Assembly: GCA_963741715.1 (NCBI GenBank)
Contig: CAVUJA010000002.1
Coordinates: forward strand, 136,883 to 200,882
Direction: 5' to 3'
Length of the DNA stretch: 64,000 nt
Source: an uncultured Acidobacteriota bacterium
GTDB lineage: Bacteria; Acidobacteriota; Vicinamibacteria; Vicinamibacterales; Fen-181
Both the position numbers and the translations under genes were made by a program. Every line of letters starts with the position of its first letter. The stretch's first letter is position 1. Below are positions 62,466-64,000 of the stretch, in pieces. The notes beneath the pieces are model-generated. The model saw only the letters and a list, made by a program, of their open reading frames with translations. It made no database searches and was not told where the DNA came from.

Positions 62466-63943
62466 AGCAGTTCACTCCGAAGACGTAGATGACAGGCCTC
62501 GGCTCGTATGGGTTCGTGAGCGCGTCCGCGTTGCATCCCGTCACGAACAGCAATTTGCTCGTCGGCTCGAACCAGGCCCCGCCGAAGTAGTCCCGTGGCA
62601 CCCGGTCGAACCCATACGTCTGCGCCAGATCGAGTGTGGACACAGGCGAACCGTTCCAGGGCGTACTCCTTCCCTGGGCTGCTGCCGCAAGGGTGGCCGG
62701 ATCCCAGAACCAGACGATGGGGGCCATGGACCCCGCTGCTGGGCCGGTTGCCTGGAAGAACGGATCGGCTTGCCCATGAATACAGAAGCCGGGGCCGTAC
62801 CAGTTGTGCGGGGTCCCGTAGTAGGGCCGGCCCGTGCTGGGGTTGATGACGGTCTTCACAAGCGAACCCATGAACAGAACGCCTTGCTTGCTCGGCCCCG
62901 CGATCCAAACGCTTGAGTTCACGCGGTCACAGCAGCAAGACGGTGAGGGACCTCCAAAGACATTCGTCCCGGGTACGATGGTGCCGCCCTGACTGTTGTC
63001 GTACCTGCACGTTCCACCCGCATTGCACGTAGTTCGTATCCCCGCCAAATCGAGGCATCTGGTGCGTGACATCGAAGCCGATGGTTCCGACACAGGCCAC
63101 CGAGGCTCGTTCGTTGTTGTAGGCAAAGGCACTCTGCACGGGGTCGGGTGGCTGGGAGGTGGACGGTGGGTTGGCGGCCACGAGCGCACAGCCCATCCAG
63201 CAGCCCACATTTCCGCTCGTCACCGGAGCGCCGACACCAAGCTGATAGCCGCTCGTGTTGGACGAGGCCCACGCACTGGGGATTGCCGTCATGTAACCAC
63301 GAGTCTTCTGGCTGGGAATCGTCGTGCGCCACGGGCCATAGGCTACAGACGACCCGTCGTTGTCGTTGAGAATCGAGAAGCCGATGGACGGGTCCCAGGC
63401 GTGACTGCTGGCGTTATATTGGTCGCCAAACGTCCACCACAGTTGATTGTTCAACCAGAGAAGTCCTCGACAGTCAGCGCTGCCTAGGGTGTCGTAGATC
63501 AGCCGCTTCCCGTGGTAGATATCGCCCCAGAACCGGGAAATCCTGCACGCCGGAGCCTGAGCCAGCGCGGTCTTCGGGTTGCCAGGGTAGATCAGCTCGC
63601 ACACCAGGCTGTTCCATCCTGACCCCTCCTTCCCGCTGATGAACAGGTGAATGTCACTGCCGACGGTGCGACCAGTCAGTGCTCCGTAGGAGAACCCAAA
63701 CCGCGCATCGGCCAACGTCATCCCCTGATCTTGGGGACAGCGAACCATACCCAGGTAAGTGAGGTCGGAGGATGCCAGCGCCCGAGGGCTTCCGATCTGT
63801 ACGTTGGACGGCGCTCTCGGCACCTGGGCCGAGACCACCCGTTCGGTCCCGAGCAACAACCCTCCCCCAGTCGCCGTCACGCCCGCTCCACACAAGCGCA
63901 GAAATTCCCGCCGAGAGTATTCGGAGAACTGTCTCTTGGTCAT
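62464..63943 (-). CDS. Tat-signal secreted hypothetical protein, frameshifted as assembled
   Basis: MTKRQFSEYSRREFLRLCGAGVTATGG (twin-arginine motif). The N-terminal two-thirds are in track ORF 62927..63991 and the C-terminal third is in 62464..63210. The frames swap at ~63000-63045. No family recognised. Confidence 0.6.
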
Positions 63944-64000
63944 CGTAACTGGTCCAGGCAACAATCGTATCAACAGCTGACCGGCATGCAAACTACAGGC

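Overview
High-GC bacterial chromosomal segment. Hand counts of sample 60-nt lines give 62-80 % G+C, and the last ~4 kb drop to 53-60 %. The gene content (PEP-CTERM/exosortase, sigma-54 control, many TPR lipoproteins, long Arg/Gly/Pro-rich spurious antisense ORFs) suggests a soil Acidobacteriota-like organism; this is inference only.

The window falls into three blocks:
- Block i, 1-19.1 kb, housekeeping: two ABC-2 ATPase/permease pairs, an HD hydrolase, a TauE/SafE permease, a Tat-signal beta-carbonic anhydrase, YjbQ, an HNH endonuclease, tsaD, mtnA, and a nucleoside-salvage cluster (cdd, purine nucleoside phosphorylase, nupC, deoA) interrupted by a fatty-acid desaturase.
- Block ii, 19.1-29 kb, scarred accessory region: a signal-less PEP-CTERM-like gene, an intact IS4-family element with a 10-bp target duplication, two fused gene fragments, two tandem MNT-HEPN toxin-antitoxin modules (the second truncated), a nucleotidyltransferase-like gene, and a HEAT-repeat protein plus HD-GYP phosphodiesterase pair.
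- Block iii, 29-62 kb, a PEP-CTERM/exosortase exopolysaccharide locus: a receiver-less sigma-54 activator plus a separate receiver, five canonical PEP-CTERM substrate genes each preceded by a -24/-12 promoter match, a GAF-GGDEF cyclase, an orphan vapC, a secreted TPR protein, xrtA-epsI, three tandem PrsT-like TPR lipoproteins, a GT4, a Wzm/Wzt-type ABC exporter, a CDP-6-deoxyhexose gene set, three GT2s and an O-acyltransferase. The window then ends with a transposase remnant and a Tat-signal protein.

The most unusual signal lies between 3.4 and 43.1 kb. At least 16 short tandem arrays of 7-nt units (one locus 8-nt, one 17-nt) sit exactly on gene boundaries. Some form inverted pairs that could make very long hairpins, and one is inserted in frame inside tsaD.

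Six otherwise intact genes, all encoding secreted or envelope proteins, carry single frameshifts as assembled; sequencing error cannot be excluded. No rRNA, tRNA or CRISPR was recognised.
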